DNA of 64,000 nucleotides. It comes from Bolinopsis microptera. Taxonomy: Eukaryota. The translations under genes were made by a program, and so were the position numbers. The stretch is from contig NC_087073.1 of NCBI RefSeq assembly GCF_026151205.1, forward strand, positions 19,356,658 to 19,420,657. Direction: 5' to 3'. Shown piece by piece: positions 37,831 to 49,711 of this stretch. Numbering within the stretch: the stretch's first letter is position 1; each line of letters opens with the position of its first letter. Below the pieces are notes generated by a model. That model ran no database searches. It saw nothing but the letters and a program-made list of their open reading frames with translations, and was not told the origin of the DNA.

Positions 37831-39192
37831 TTAAGGGGGCATACACCAAAACAGTGGTTTGTGCAGTCCAGACCAATTGACCTCATAGGCAGTTCAGTGA
37901 CCTTCTAGCGCACCGTTTCCACACCAAAAACAATTATTTTGAGAATACCCATTTTTGTAATCGACCATTTCCTGGTTAAGAGTGCAATTTTCGGGAAAAA
38001 TTAATTTGTGGTTGAGACGCTATAAGTTAATCATTTCTTGCGGTATCGGGTTGAAATTTTGCTCGCCGTTTATTCACATCTATTTGAAGGTGTGTGTAAT
38101 ATCTTGATATCGTATCTAAAAAGGCTGGTATGTTATGAATTTTTAAAGTCAAAAAGCTAATATTGTCCTTTTCAGGCTTATTTTGACAAAAAGTCAGTCA
38201 GGGAAGATCGGATTGATTTGATGCTTGACATCAAATTGTTCTCTGAATCCTGGCGCATTTTTTGATGCCCTCAAAAATGCGTTTACTCAACTGGAAAGTT
38301 GATCTTTTGGACCTCAAAGCCAAACAACAAATTTAGGCACATTTTTCGTTTTTAATATTTACCGATTTTTCTAAAATTTTGATAGGAATGTGCTAGTGAC
38401 TTTTTGAAGGGTGCAAAATAACCGCAACTAGCACATTTATATATGAGTTATGAACAACAAAACACCCTAAAATGCTTCCCTTTGAAGTTATGGGAGAAAA
38501 TGTGATTTTTCATCTGCAAAGCCAAAAAATCACATTTTCTCCCATATTTTCAAAGGGAAGCATTTTAGGGTGTTTTGTTGTTCATAACTCATATATAAAT
38601 GTGCTAGTTGCGGTTATTTTGCACCCTTCAAAAAGTCACTAGCACATTCCTATCAAAATTTTAGAAAAATCGGTAAATATTAAAAACGAAAAATGTGCCT
38701 AAATTTGTTGTTTGGCTTTGAGGTCCAAAAGATCAACTTTCCAGTTGAATAAACGCATTTTTGAGGGCATCAAAAACTGCGCCAGAATTCAGAGAACAAT
38801 TTGATGTCAAGCATCAAATCAATCCGATCTTCCCTGACTGACTTTTTGTCAAAATAAGCCTGAAAAGGACAATATTAGCTTTTTGACTTTAAAAATTCAT
38901 AACATACCAGCCTTTTTAGATACGATATCAAGATATTACACACACCTTCAAATAGATGTGAATAAACGGCGAGCAAAATTTCAACCCGATACCGCAAGAA
39001 ATGATTAACTTATAGCGTCTCAACCACAAAATAATTTTTCCCGAAAATTGCACTCTTAACCAGGAAATGGTCGATTACAAAAATGGGTATTCTCAAAATA
39101 ATTGTTTTTGGTGTGGAAACGGTGCGCTAGAAGGTCACTGAACTGCCTATGAGGTCATTTGGTCTGGACAGATTTGGTGTATGCCCCCTTAA
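37831..39192. repeat. 1.36-kb near-perfect palindrome (foldback-like), arms ~675 bp, 13-nt central loop at ~38501-38513
   Basis: 37831 TTAAGGGGGCATACACC...to 39192 is its own reverse complement. Only a handful of substitutions and small indels separate the arms. The whole stretch is non-coding and A/T-rich. Confidence 0.9.
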
Positions 39193-39290
39193 ATTATGTG
39201 GTGCTTTGTAAATCTAGTTCATAGCATAAAATTGCAGGAAACAAACCAGCCACGACGTTTAAAATATGAAATGAAATGTCCACTACCACC

Positions 39291-39410
39291 AAGGACTCGT
39301 TTAACGGGTGATACTCGTAAAATATCTGTTCCATATATTGGAACAGGACCGTCGACGAGTCCAACTCGGCGCGCGTCCTGGTAGGTTGTAAACCTACAAG
39401 GACTCGTCTG
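39291..39410. repeat. Inverted-orientation copy of the 10.5-kb repeat-family end
   Basis: ~90% reverse-complement identity to 10485-10600. It contains the AGGTTTGTAAACCT mini-hairpin. Confidence 0.6.
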
Positions 39411-39477
39411 ATATTATGTACTTGAATATTAAATAAAATATACTGAAACTGAAATTTTTTCCGGTAATTTCATAGAA

Positions 39478-39650
39478 TAATGCTGGAGGAGCTTATCCAC
39501 TATAATTAATGCAGTTTAAAATTCATGTCAAGACTTTATCTATCTTCGTGGGATATTGATTACCAGACTTCATACAATCCGAACTTATTGGTTACCCACA
39601 CCTTATCTGCTTACTTTGCTTTTATTAATTCATGATACTAAGGAAGGAAC
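39478..39650. repeat. Right arm of the outer inverted-repeat pair
   Basis: See the left arm at 37309-37478. Confidence 0.8.
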
Positions 39651-40960
39651 TGCGAGCCCTGAGGCGGGAGGGATGTCTGGTGTTGATCGGATTAAGTTCA
39701 AACCTATTGGAATAGTAGTTGTTATAATATTACGAAAATTAAACCAAACCATAACCAAATAGAACAAATTTCAAAGGAAAAACCACGTGAACATGAAAGT
39801 AGAAGCAGTTAAAACCATCATAAGTCATGTACCCACCTCCCCAAAGAATTTGGTTTGCAACAGAATTATTCCAAATATGAAAGCAATATTTAAGAATCAC
39901 AAAACTTCTTAAGTCAATTCAGTGCTTCTGAAGATATAATTTATCAAGAATCACAAGACACACGATAACTTAAAAACTGAGAACTAATCGTCTTATTGCC
40001 TAAGCGATCAGTGTCAAATGTTTAAAGAATGTTTAATTTGAATTAAAGGCAGCTCTGAGGTGGAGTTAATGCCAGTTTTCTCACTCTTGAAAAATAGTTA
40101 AGTCGTTTGAATTAGTCGTCTCGTGTGACCTTTGCCTGGAATAACTGCGGTTTGATTAAGCTAAGTAGTTCAACTAATAAGCAAAACATCGCGGAGGGGG
40201 CATTAGGCTACCTGGAATGCGAAATTTTTTCCCAATTTCTGATCCTCAATAATTGGAAAAAATAGGGTTAAAAATACGTCGATCAATGTTGGTTTTAATT
40301 ACCGAGCTGACTTTTATGGCAAAACCTTTATATTCGAATATAAAGTGATTAAACACGCTTGTTAGTGCAGATATCTCTTTTAAATGGAAGAAAATCTTGC
40401 ACTGTAGTTGTAGAGCAATTGAACATTCTCGTCAATGCAGAGCTCTCCTTTGAACCGAATCATAATCTGCCCTGCGATTGGTGGAATTGTGCAAACTGCT
40501 GAGTGCAAATGGGGGCCACTGCATTTATAAATGTATGCCAATATGTCTGTTACATCTAGCATGTGTCTCAGATCTGAGCAATAACCAAATCATTTGCAGC
40601 ACTCAAAAGGATCGTTGACACATTGCGTCAGTCTCATCGTGGATTGCTGACGTAATGATTTGAATAGTCCCAAATGACTGAACAAACAATTATAATTCTG
40701 AGATAGATTTCTATTAAGTTTACACACTACACAGTTATTTAACTCGAAAATTGTATAATTTGGAAGGCTTCTTCCGTTTGTAGAAATGACATTTTTCTAC
40801 ATAATATACAGTCGTTGGTAAAATACCTCTTATACCAACATTGTAGATAGTAAACAATTACTGTCATTTCATTAAAACACAAGCTACACCCTACGGCCTA
40901 CACACACACAGGAAGTTCAATTACCAACAAGCCACACATTTGTTCCACAACTCTGAGAGT

Positions 40961-41350
40961 GAGTTCAGTCTGCAGCAACTTCTCTGGCAGCAGAAACTGC
41001 GCTAAACTCGGCTAGAAACTGCGCTAAACTCGGCTAGTTTCAGTCTGCAGCAACTTCTCTGGCAGCAGAAACTGCGCTAAACTCGGCTAGTTTCAGTCTG
41101 CAGCAACTTTGCTGACAGCAGAAACTGCGCTAAACTCGGCTAGTTTCAGTCTGCAGCAACTTTGCTGGCAGCAGAAACTGCGCTAAACTCGGCTAGTTTC
41201 AGTCAGCCACTAGTTCAGTCTGCAGCAACTTTGCTGGCAGCAGAAACTGCGCTAAACTCGGCTAGTTTCAGTCAGCCACTAGTTCAGTCTGCAGCAACTT
41301 CTCTGGCAGCAGAAACTGCGCTAAACTCGGCTAGTTTCAGTCAGCCACTA
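40961..41350. repeat. ~60-bp tandem repeat, ~6.5 copies
   Basis: Unit GTTCAGTCTGCAGCAACTTCTCTGGCAGCAGAAACTGCGCTAAACTCGGCTAGTTTCA. ORF 41162-41380 is an artefact. Confidence 0.85.
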
Positions 41351-42589
41351 TTCACGCAAAACCTGTTGGTGTACGAGTAGATTTAGAGCTCATCTATCAG
41401 ATCCAGCATCCTGGTTCCTCACTTATCCCCGTCACAGCTGTAAACGTTAGTTTAACTAACGTTCTGCAGAAGCCAACGAAAAACAAGCAAAATGGGCGCG
41501 ATTAAATTAGAAATTAAAAACAAATTTGATTAAAGTTCAGCTGTCAACTTTATTTAAATACCAAGCACCAAGTGAAGATCTCGTTATTAATAAACTCGTT
41601 ATAGCATGACGTCAATAGGGAGGAGATTCTTAATATAAACAGCTCAAGGGATGCTACTGGTAATACTACTGGTAATACTAACTGGTCATTATATTTATTT
41701 AACTTTAGTGAGCGTTTAAAAGCGAGCTCTTAAAAACAGTTCTGTTAGATACCGTGTGCCTACATATCTGCAGGTTGAGGACCTCCTTCTGATCCGCAAA
41801 TAGTGTTTTATTGCACATCTGACAGTATTATAGCAATGCTTTAGTCCTACCAATGGTAGCTGGAATGATGGGTATAATAATTACTGGAAGTTGGAACAAC
41901 CCCCCATAATACTGCACGGCAAATAATAATTATCATAGTACAACAACTAGATCATCAAGATGGTTCTATAAGAAACACAAAGCGGTTACGGAGCAATTCA
42001 TTCCAGTCTGGACAATGTGAACTTGCAAAATGCAGATTTTATTGACCACTGTGCTGGATCACATCGAGAAAATGACGCAGGTAACTGAAAGTGAGGCCTT
42101 ATTAACTGTTGCGTAAGCAAATTTGCCAGGCTGTGACAACTTAGACCAAAAAGACCGAGTGAATGATCTAGGTTGAATTGAATTATAAAATTTTAGATGT
42201 TCCCACATTCATGGTGTATTACCAATAGGTCCAATACCAGCTCTCCGTCAATAACTGTATTTAGGGTACCGGCAGCCGGAATGCCCAAGTAGAGAATTTG
42301 TAAATGCAAAGGACAAAATTTGTAGAATCGTAGTCTTGAAACCTTTCTTCAACCAGCTCATTTCGACCAGGAAATTAACGCAACTGCAATAAAATTCTAT
42401 GCTAAAAGTATTTGAGGTATTTTCTGTCCGCAGTATTAAATGAAACCGCTTCAAAAGATCTGCCACTCCTTAGCTTCCACCCAATCGAAAAACGCCACCT
42501 TACATTTTTAAAGTAGTCTGACCAATAGGAAATTTCTCAAGTAAGTAAGTAAGTTAATGGGATTTTAGAAATTTGAAAGAATGCAGAGT

Positions 42590-42770
42590 TCCAAAACCTC
42601 ATAGCTATAGTTACATTATTGAGGTCTGTAATCTGTATCGATGGTAAACAGAGACTCATAGCTATAGTTACATTATTGAGGTCTGTACTCTGTATCGATG
42701 GTAAACAGAGACTCATAGCTATAGTTACATTATTGAGTTCTGTACTCTGTAGCGATGGTAAACAGAGACG
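42590..42770. repeat. 60-bp tandem repeat, 3 copies
   Basis: Unit CTCATAGCTATAGTTACATTATTGAGGTCTGTACTCTGTATCGATGGTAAACAGAGA. Confidence 0.85.
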
Positions 42771-43517
42771 TGCTTTTTGCTGATGAAGACTCTGTTCCAC
42801 GAGTACCGAAAGTCGTAGACTTTATAATCGTATTTTATCCCTTAAGCCGTTGATGGAAACATATAATAGTAATAATAACTATAATAAACATTATCATATT
42901 AGTGGACTTTCTTGGTTGGGCTCTATCAATTTATCTTGATCGATCCAATCGTAGTAGTCTGGAACGAGTTAAATTTTAAGTTTGATGTATAAATTGAAAT
43001 TCTTAAGTTTCAACTAATATTCCAGCGATATATATCGCTGTCAGAATGAAGGTGAGCGATTAGACGGGCGACTACGGAGATGTCGGCCAAACACCCGACC
43101 AGTTGCAATTATCAACTAACCTGGAAGATAACAGTTGACGATCTGATCGATAAGCTGCAGTTAGCTGCAGTCTTGCTAGGAGAGTAGGGGGCGTGATACT
43201 ATAGCACAATCAATAATTTTTACAATTAGTTCATGACGCAGTTAGCATGACACAATACCATAAGATTATTCTAATTACAGTCGCAATTAGCGACAGTAAG
43301 TTAGATATAACATGTTAGTAATACATTAGTTAGTTATATGTAACATGCAAGTTGTACAAGTGAACGCGCTATTATTGCAGTTAGTAAATTGACAAACAGG
43401 TGAAATATTCAAATTCTCTGACGGCTTACCTTGTTTGACAGTGATATATCGCTGGAACGCTATACTGAACCGTATTTCTCATCATATGGAGGCCACGAAA
43501 ATCACGCGGACATAGTC

Positions 43518-44783
43518 AGCTGCAAGTACTAGTAGTAGTACCAGCTCAAGAACATTGTCAGGTGCAAGTACCAGTAGTAGTACCAGCTCAAGGACATTGT
43601 CAGGTGCAAGTACCAGTAGTAGTACCAGGCACCGGCTCAAGGACATTGTCAGGTGCAAGTACCAGTAGTAGTACCAGGCACCGGCTCAAGGACATTGTCA
43701 GCTGAAAGTACCAGTAGAAGTACCAGCTCAAGGACATTGTCAGGTGCAAGTACCAGTAGTAGTACCAGCTCAAGGACATTGTCAGCTGAAAGTACCAGTA
43801 GTAGTACCAGCTCAAGGACATTGTCAGGTGCAAGTACCAGTAGTAGTACCAGCTCAAGGACATTGTCAGGTGCAAGTACCAGTAGTAGTACCAGCTCAAG
43901 GACATTGTCAGGTGCAAGTACCAGTAGTAGTACCAGCTCAAGGACATTGTCAGGTGCAAGTACCAGTAGTAGTACTAGCTCAAGGACATTGTCAGGTGCA
44001 AGTACCAGTAGTAGTACAGCTCAAGGACATTGTCAGGTGCAAGTACCAGTAGTAGTACCAGCTCAAGGACATTGTCAGGTGCAAGTACCAGTAGTAGTAC
44101 CAGCTCAAGGACATTGTCAGGTGCAAGTACCAGTAGTAGTACTAGCTCAAGGACATTGTCAGGTGCAAGTACCAGTAGTAGTACTAGCTCAAGGACATTG
44201 TCAGCTGAAAGTACCAGTAGTAGTACCAGCTCAAGGACATTGTCAGGTGCAAGTACCAGTAGTAGTACCAGCTCAAGGACATTGTCAGGTGCAAGTACCA
44301 GTAGTAGTACTAGCTCAAGGACATTGTCAGGCTGCAAGTACCAGTAGTAGTACAGCTCAAGGACATTGTCAGCTGAAAGTACCAGTAGTAGTACCAGCTC
44401 AAGGACATTGTCAGGTGCAAATACAAGTAATAGTACCAGCTCAAGGACATTGTCAGGTGCAACTACCAGTAGAAGTACCAGCTCAAGGACATTGTCAGGT
44501 GCAAGTACCAGTAGTAGTACCAGCTCAAGGACATTGTCAGCTGAAAGTACCAGTAGTAGTACCAGCTCAAGGACATTGTCAGGTGCAAATACAAGTAATA
44601 GTACCAGCTCAAGGACATTGTCAGGTGCAACTACCAGTAGAAGTACCAGCTCAAGGACATTGTCAGGTGCAAGTACCAGTAGTAGTACCAGCTCAAGGAC
44701 ATTGTCAGGTGCAAGTACCAGTAGTAGTACCAGCTCAAGGACATTGTCAGGTGCAAGTACCAGTAGTAGTACCAGCTCAAGGA
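43518..44783. repeat. 42-bp minisatellite, ~30 copies, with higher-order variant structure. It is open in all six frames.
   Basis: Unit CAGGTGCAAGTACCAGTAGTAGTACCAGCTCAAGGACATTGT. Variants GCAAATACAAGTAATAGT and GCAACTACCAGTAGAAGT recur as a 4-unit block repeated twice at 44366-44700. Indels at ~44010 and ~44330-44350 break the frame. Confidence 0.9.
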
Positions 44784-44947
44784 AAGCCGCATCACAGTTC
44801 ACAGATATCAAATTGGAAATACAGACACAAAATCTCGATGACGATCCAGCAGAGTCTGCCAGGAACTTGATCATCAAACTAAAGGAACGGGTTACTGATT
44901 TAATGACCAGGTATTACGAGCTTACCGGGTCCCGGAAATTGTCTTGA
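44366..44947 (+). CDS. Possible coding read-through of the 42-bp array. It encodes (SGASTSSSTSSRTL)n and runs into a unique 55-aa tail.
   Basis: In the + frame the repeat reads Ser/Thr-rich 14-mers. After the last unit it continues as RKAASQFTDIKLEIQTQNLDDDPAESARNLIIKLKERVTDLMTRYYELTGSRKLS-stop. The unit length is divisible by 3. Confidence 0.25.
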   Translation: MSAESTSSSTSSRTLSGANTSNSTSSRTLSGATTSRSTSSRTLSGASTSSSTSSRTLSAESTSSSTSSRTLSGANTSNSTSSRTLSGATTSRSTSSRTLSGASTSSSTSSRTLSGASTSSSTSSRTLSGASTSSSTSSRKAASQFTDIKLEIQTQNLDDDPAESARNLIIKLKERVTDLMTRYYELTGSRKLS

Positions 44948-46470
44948 ACTGGATTATATTGATTGCAATCTCAATCCTTATAAAAGGAGCTGTAACGAGC
45001 GGTACATATTAATCAAAGGCTGTTTATTGTAAAATATTTACATTGCTTTACAGATTGGCCACAGGGAAGTTGTGGCATGCACTCAGCCAATGGTTGGAAC
45101 ATGTCCTAAATGTAGTGGGTGAGTTGCAGGGAGGTAGGATAGTTGTGATCCATCGCAGAAAACTGGGTTTTCAAACATTTTGAAAAAAATGGAAAAATTT
45201 TGAGAATCCATGTAAATTAAATACGAATTGTGCCTTGAAACATCTCCGCCCAAAAAGGGCCTTTTCTATATGTTAACAAGTAAGTTTTGGCCTTTTAAAA
45301 TCGGTTTGTTTCGGTGGTTCCCTTCTGTGTGTAATTCATGAGGCACGATAAGAGCTCTGAGCTGCAGTTCCAATGGTTTTTGGACAAAAATTATAAATTC
45401 GAAAGATGTTTCCATTTTGAGGAATCACTATGAGAAATTCTCTAGTCCACTTGCGCCGATTCATTTAAATAAACATAAAAAGAGTAATCGTTAACACTAT
45501 AAATGCGCGGCACCTTTTTTTATGTACCGGACGCGAGGTTCGTTTGGACATCTAATTTGAATTGCAAATCAGCTGTTTGACAGAATGCCTCGTTAGAATG
45601 AGAATAAACCAATAAATTAAATAGCATGCATCAAATAATACCAATATCGAGTTTGGCTAGCATAAACTAATTACAACACTACTAATTACAAAACTACAAA
45701 TCTATTGGCTCCAAGTAATTGCGTAATAAATTCACTATACACTACACTACACACTACTATGTCAATGTGTTTACCGTGTTTGGGTGCCCATCATATTTTA
45801 CAAATGGGAGCAATATATTTGAACGATTCTATTTTATATTCATTTATTGCTGTACTCTGTAAAATTTGAAAAGTATTTAATAAAAATAATTTAAAAAAAC
45901 ATTTATTGAGGAAACGATGTAACAGAGTCAATATATTTTAACGTTGCCATGGGGTGGCAAGAACTCATACATGTTTGTTTGTTTGTTTGTTAATGTTCAT
46001 TAAGCATTAAGAGTTCTGTAAAATTGCCCACTCAGCGAAAAATTCTTAGCAAAATCCTTATTGAAACCTAAAAATAAGGTCGTGCGGATATTTAGTGCGG
46101 ATATTTAGTGTTTAGGAGTTGACCGCACTCCATGGATCATCAGCCGGGTAAGATCCGCGGCAGTGGGACCCTTATTTCTGTGGGATCCTGCTATTTCACA
46201 GGATCGAACAGAGAAAAGGGCTGGCACGAAGAACAGATAGTGAAACTATTTGTTCCCCCCACTGAGGCGCAAGCAAGGGTTGTTGCCTGGCCTTTTTAAA
46301 ATCCTCAACGTGGTAGGTAAAATCCAAGTTGTGGTTGCTAAAATCGTGATAAAATCTTGATAGTAGCTGATAAAATAATAAAATCGTGGTCTACTAAAAC
46401 GCAGACACGGTGCTTAGCTGGTTAGGGTTCCTCTTTTGGGGTCACCAGGACATCTTCTCTGTACGTCACC

Positions 46471-46995
46471 TCAGATGACAGGATGAGATCCGATAAATCG
46501 GAGGCTCATGCTCCTCACAGTCACTTCGATCGGTTGCACTTCAATAATGCAGGGCAGTGAAACCGACTGCGTTAGCCTGGGTGCAGGCGGAGCTGCAGTT
46601 TCTGTGAGGAGTTCTGGCTTCACCAAGACCACTTCTTTGTTAACACTAACAGGTAGGACCACTTGAGGAGATTGCAACTCATCTGTTTGAGTCCTGATAT
46701 CCGCTGTCTGCGGCACTGGTGTAGTTGCGGCATCCGCCACCACGATTCTTTTAGGCATTCTTTTCTCTGCTGCCCTTTCAATTGTACTGATTTTCTGGTC
46801 CAAATATTCAGCGAACTCCTCGTTCGCCAAATTGCTCGTCAGCTCGTAGCTGGCCATTCGACTTTCCACGTCCTCAAGAGCAGTGTCGACTGCTCGTTTG
46901 CTGGAACGGGCCCAGAAAACTCCAATAATACCGCCAAGGATGACGGCTAGTAGTAAGCCGAAGCTTACTAACATAAGGATTTCTTCGAAGATCAT
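46471..46995 (-). CDS. Hypothetical single-pass membrane protein (N-terminal TM helix plus coiled-coil/disordered tail)
   Basis: TM segment MLVSFGLLLAVILGGIIGVFW. Kozak-like AAAAGATGA. No recognisable domain. Confidence 0.3.
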   Translation of the reverse strand: MIFEEILMLVSFGLLLAVILGGIIGVFWARSSKRAVDTALEDVESRMASYELTSNLANEEFAEYLDQKISTIERAAEKRMPKRIVVADAATTPVPQTADIRTQTDELQSPQVVLPVSVNKEVVLVKPELLTETAAPPAPRLTQSVSLPCIIEVQPIEVTVRSMSLRFIGSHPVI

Positions 46996-47715
46996 CTTTT
47001 CTTTGTCTTTGAAGATGGTAAAAATAGTATTAATTCAAGATAATGATATTGTTGAAGGAATACTGGCAGGAAGATAATCTGTTGTCACAGTATTTATACC
47101 CAAATCCAGCACGTGCAAGTTTCAAGTCAGTTGCGCGTGCAAATTGATTTTATCGAGGGGGTTGGTATGGTAACAAGAATCTCGGCTGCTGTGTGAGCAT
47201 GGTTGGTCTGTTTGACCTGGGAAAGGGAAGGTAGCAACCAGATTCATGTAAACCCACATCTATCAATAAAAATCTTCAAGCTACGCTACTCTGTACTCGC
47301 TAAAACACATTAGCCCATAAATTACTTAATTACACGCTTTAGAAATTATCATCACAGGACAACATTACACTTAAAAACTTTGAACATAACACGAGGAAAT
47401 ATGGACAGAACTGAACAAGAACCACATTCGAAGACTGAAAAATCTGGAGGACTCTGCAACCCAGGAATGAACTATTCACTTATCATCGCTCAATTATCAT
47501 CAATAATCGGTTTGGTATCGACGTTACAAACTTTGATTTTCCGACTTTAAAGCTGAACTCTAAATGCTTAATGAACACACTTGCAGGTACCACCCGTATT
47601 CACACGCAGACCTGAGTTTAGTAATTTCCGATACAAGATTGGGGACGGGTTCTATAAACAAACAAACAAACAAATAATATATTATATTATATCGAATATT
47701 ATTACAATTAAGAAC

Positions 47716-47900
47716 CACAGTGGAAAATGTTGGGATTTTAATTTCGCAGAAAACGATATAAAAATAATCGTACGATTATCGACGATAATCGTCGCGCGCG
47801 CGTTAAACGCACGATAATCGTCTAATCTGACGATAATCGTCATATTTGGCGAATAACGCTATTTCGCGACGTTTATTAGGCGATAATGAGCGATATCACG
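47716..47900 (+). repeat. Transib left TIR plus a subterminal CGATAATCG/ACGATTATCG motif array
   Basis: CACAGTGGAAAATGTTGGGATTTTAATTTCGCAGAAAACGATA... is followed by at least 6 copies of CGATAATCG(T). Confidence 0.7.
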
Positions 47901-48729
47901 ATAATCACACAATAAATCATGGAAATAAAATGTATTTGTTATTTCATGTAACGAAGGAAGTATTTCGGTTATGCTTTAATATGGAAATCAGAAATCGGAT
48001 TCATATTTACAGTCTACTGGTAATGTTCCGCAAGCTTCGTAATCGTAGTGAACGCAAAACGAATGAAATTGAAAATGTCATGTTTCACAATGAAATTTGA
48101 TACTTTAATTTATTGTTATCGATAAGATTAGTTACATATATGATATAAGACAGCGGTAGTAAATATGAAATATTTATCATCTATCTAAGTTTGGCACGCA
48201 GCGCGCGGGCCGGTATCTTTTGTATAATGTATAATATGTAGTTTCCTAGTGTAATGTTTAACCCGAGAAGTAATTGCCACAGTGAAAAATTAGATTTTAT
48301 AAAATTATATTATTCATTTTAACTATTGTGTTTAGTGAACAAATTTTAGCGATCATTGAAAACATTTGTCAAATTGAATTTAAATTAATGTCTAAGCGGC
48401 GGGCCAGCGCGTTATTTTGAGCCGCGCACCAAAACCGATTTTAATGGACTTAGAATTCATAATACGAATCGAGCGCCTGTAATGTCGTTCGAGACAGATA
48501 CGCTCTCCTTGGTAACGAGCCAAGTCTATTGTTTACATTTTGTACGTGATAAATCTGATCGGGCCTTGTGATAGGAATTTAGTAGTCGGCAGTCAGAACT
48601 TTAATGACGATTATTTAGATACATGAAATTGTGTAATTTGCAATCATAACTGTTTTGACTTTTGAACCACGCAACTAAATTACTCTTGGTAATCAGTAAA
48701 AGTAATAACACATTCACAATAGAACTCAA

Positions 48730-48824
48730 ATGGATAATTCGAGACTGGTAATGTTCGCCGGGCTTACTGAGACGAATCAGCTGAAGCCCCTGGGCTCAAA
48801 TGAGCTCAGGGGGAAATGCTGGCA
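48730..48824 (+). CDS. RAG1-like transposase exon 1 (start codon)
   Basis: ATG in the context CTCAAATGG. Encodes MDNSRLVMFAGLTETNQLKPLGSNELRGKCW. Donor GTGAGT in phase 2. Confidence 0.45.
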
Positions 48825-48974
48825 GTGAGTTATCTTACCAGTTACCTCAATTATGAATATTCAAACATAGCATCAAAAAATTTCATTTTGAACAACACTT
48901 TAATAAAAAGATTTTATCCGTTGAGAAACTAATAATCACCAATTCAATCCGATTTTATTGAATCATAATTTCAG

Positions 48975-49051
48975 ACACTTTCGAGCACGGTACCCCGGGC
49001 TGAAGGAGACAGCGATCAGGCAGGCCATCGCCAAGTTCTGCTATATCGAGG
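48975..49051 (+). CDS. RAG1-like transposase exon 2
   Basis: Acceptor TTTCAG. Encodes HFRARYPGLKETAIRQAIAKFCYIE. Donor GTAAGA in phase 1. Confidence 0.5.
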
Positions 49052-49198
49052 GTAAGAAATTACATAATGAGTTTGGCTCTAACACACTTGATTAATTTTG
49101 TAGTTCAAATTAATGTATGGTAATCTACCAAGTCAATACGTTACATTTGAGCTTGATTCGGTGACTTGAGGAACTGCCCATAAGACAAAATATTGCAG

Positions 49199-49362
49199 AG
49201 AGTGCTGTTACCCCAGCACAATGCCGGGAGGTGCGGCTGCGGATGAAAAAATACGCAGCCGACGAGAAACACCGGCTGAAGAGAAGAAAGCTGGATCAGG
49301 AGCCGCAGCAGAGCACCAGCTCAGGGACCCAAACGGATCCCATACACGCTCTGTCTTGTAAG
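49199..49362 (+). CDS. RAG1-like transposase exon 3, with nonamer-binding-domain-like basic region
   Basis: AADEKHRLKRRKL resembles RAG1 RRAQKHRLRELKL. Donor GTAGGG in phase 0. Confidence 0.55.
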
Positions 49363-49471
49363 GTAGGGTCTCGTTTCTCAATTACCACCACATATTTGGT
49401 ATTATACTTATTCTAACTGCCACGTATTTTCCTCATAATTGTGATGACTACATCCACCAACTTCTAATTAG

Positions 49472-49596
49472 GATTGCGAGACCGCCTCAATGAGGCACCA
49501 AGTAGAGTTGCATCAGGCTAAGCTGGCGGAAATGAGGACCGAGCTGCTGCTGCGGGAGTGCAGCTCACCAGTTCAGTCCCAAGTGGCTGAAAGGAG
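49472..49596 (+). CDS. RAG1-like transposase exon 4
   Basis: ASMRHQVELHQAKLAEM resembles RAG1 ARNEHRQADELEAIM. Donor GTAAGA in phase 2. Confidence 0.55.
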
Positions 49597-49711
49597 GTAA
49601 GACTGATTGATAATATTTCTACATGTTCCAATATTATTTTCTCATCTCTTTTCATACTCATTGGGAAGAATTCACCCGACAGTTAAATCTTGATTTGTAA
49701 CTTTATTTCAG

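Noticed and set aside
41162-42800. ORFs 41162-41380 and 42537-42800
   Set aside because: They are translations of the 60-bp tandem repeats.
43600-44877. Minus-strand ORFs of 119 and 300 aa over the 42-bp array
   Set aside because: The array is open in all six frames because the unit is 42 bp. The antisense peptides (LVLLLVLAPDNVLE...) are artefacts. Only the + frame that continues into a unique tail was kept, as a low-confidence CDS.
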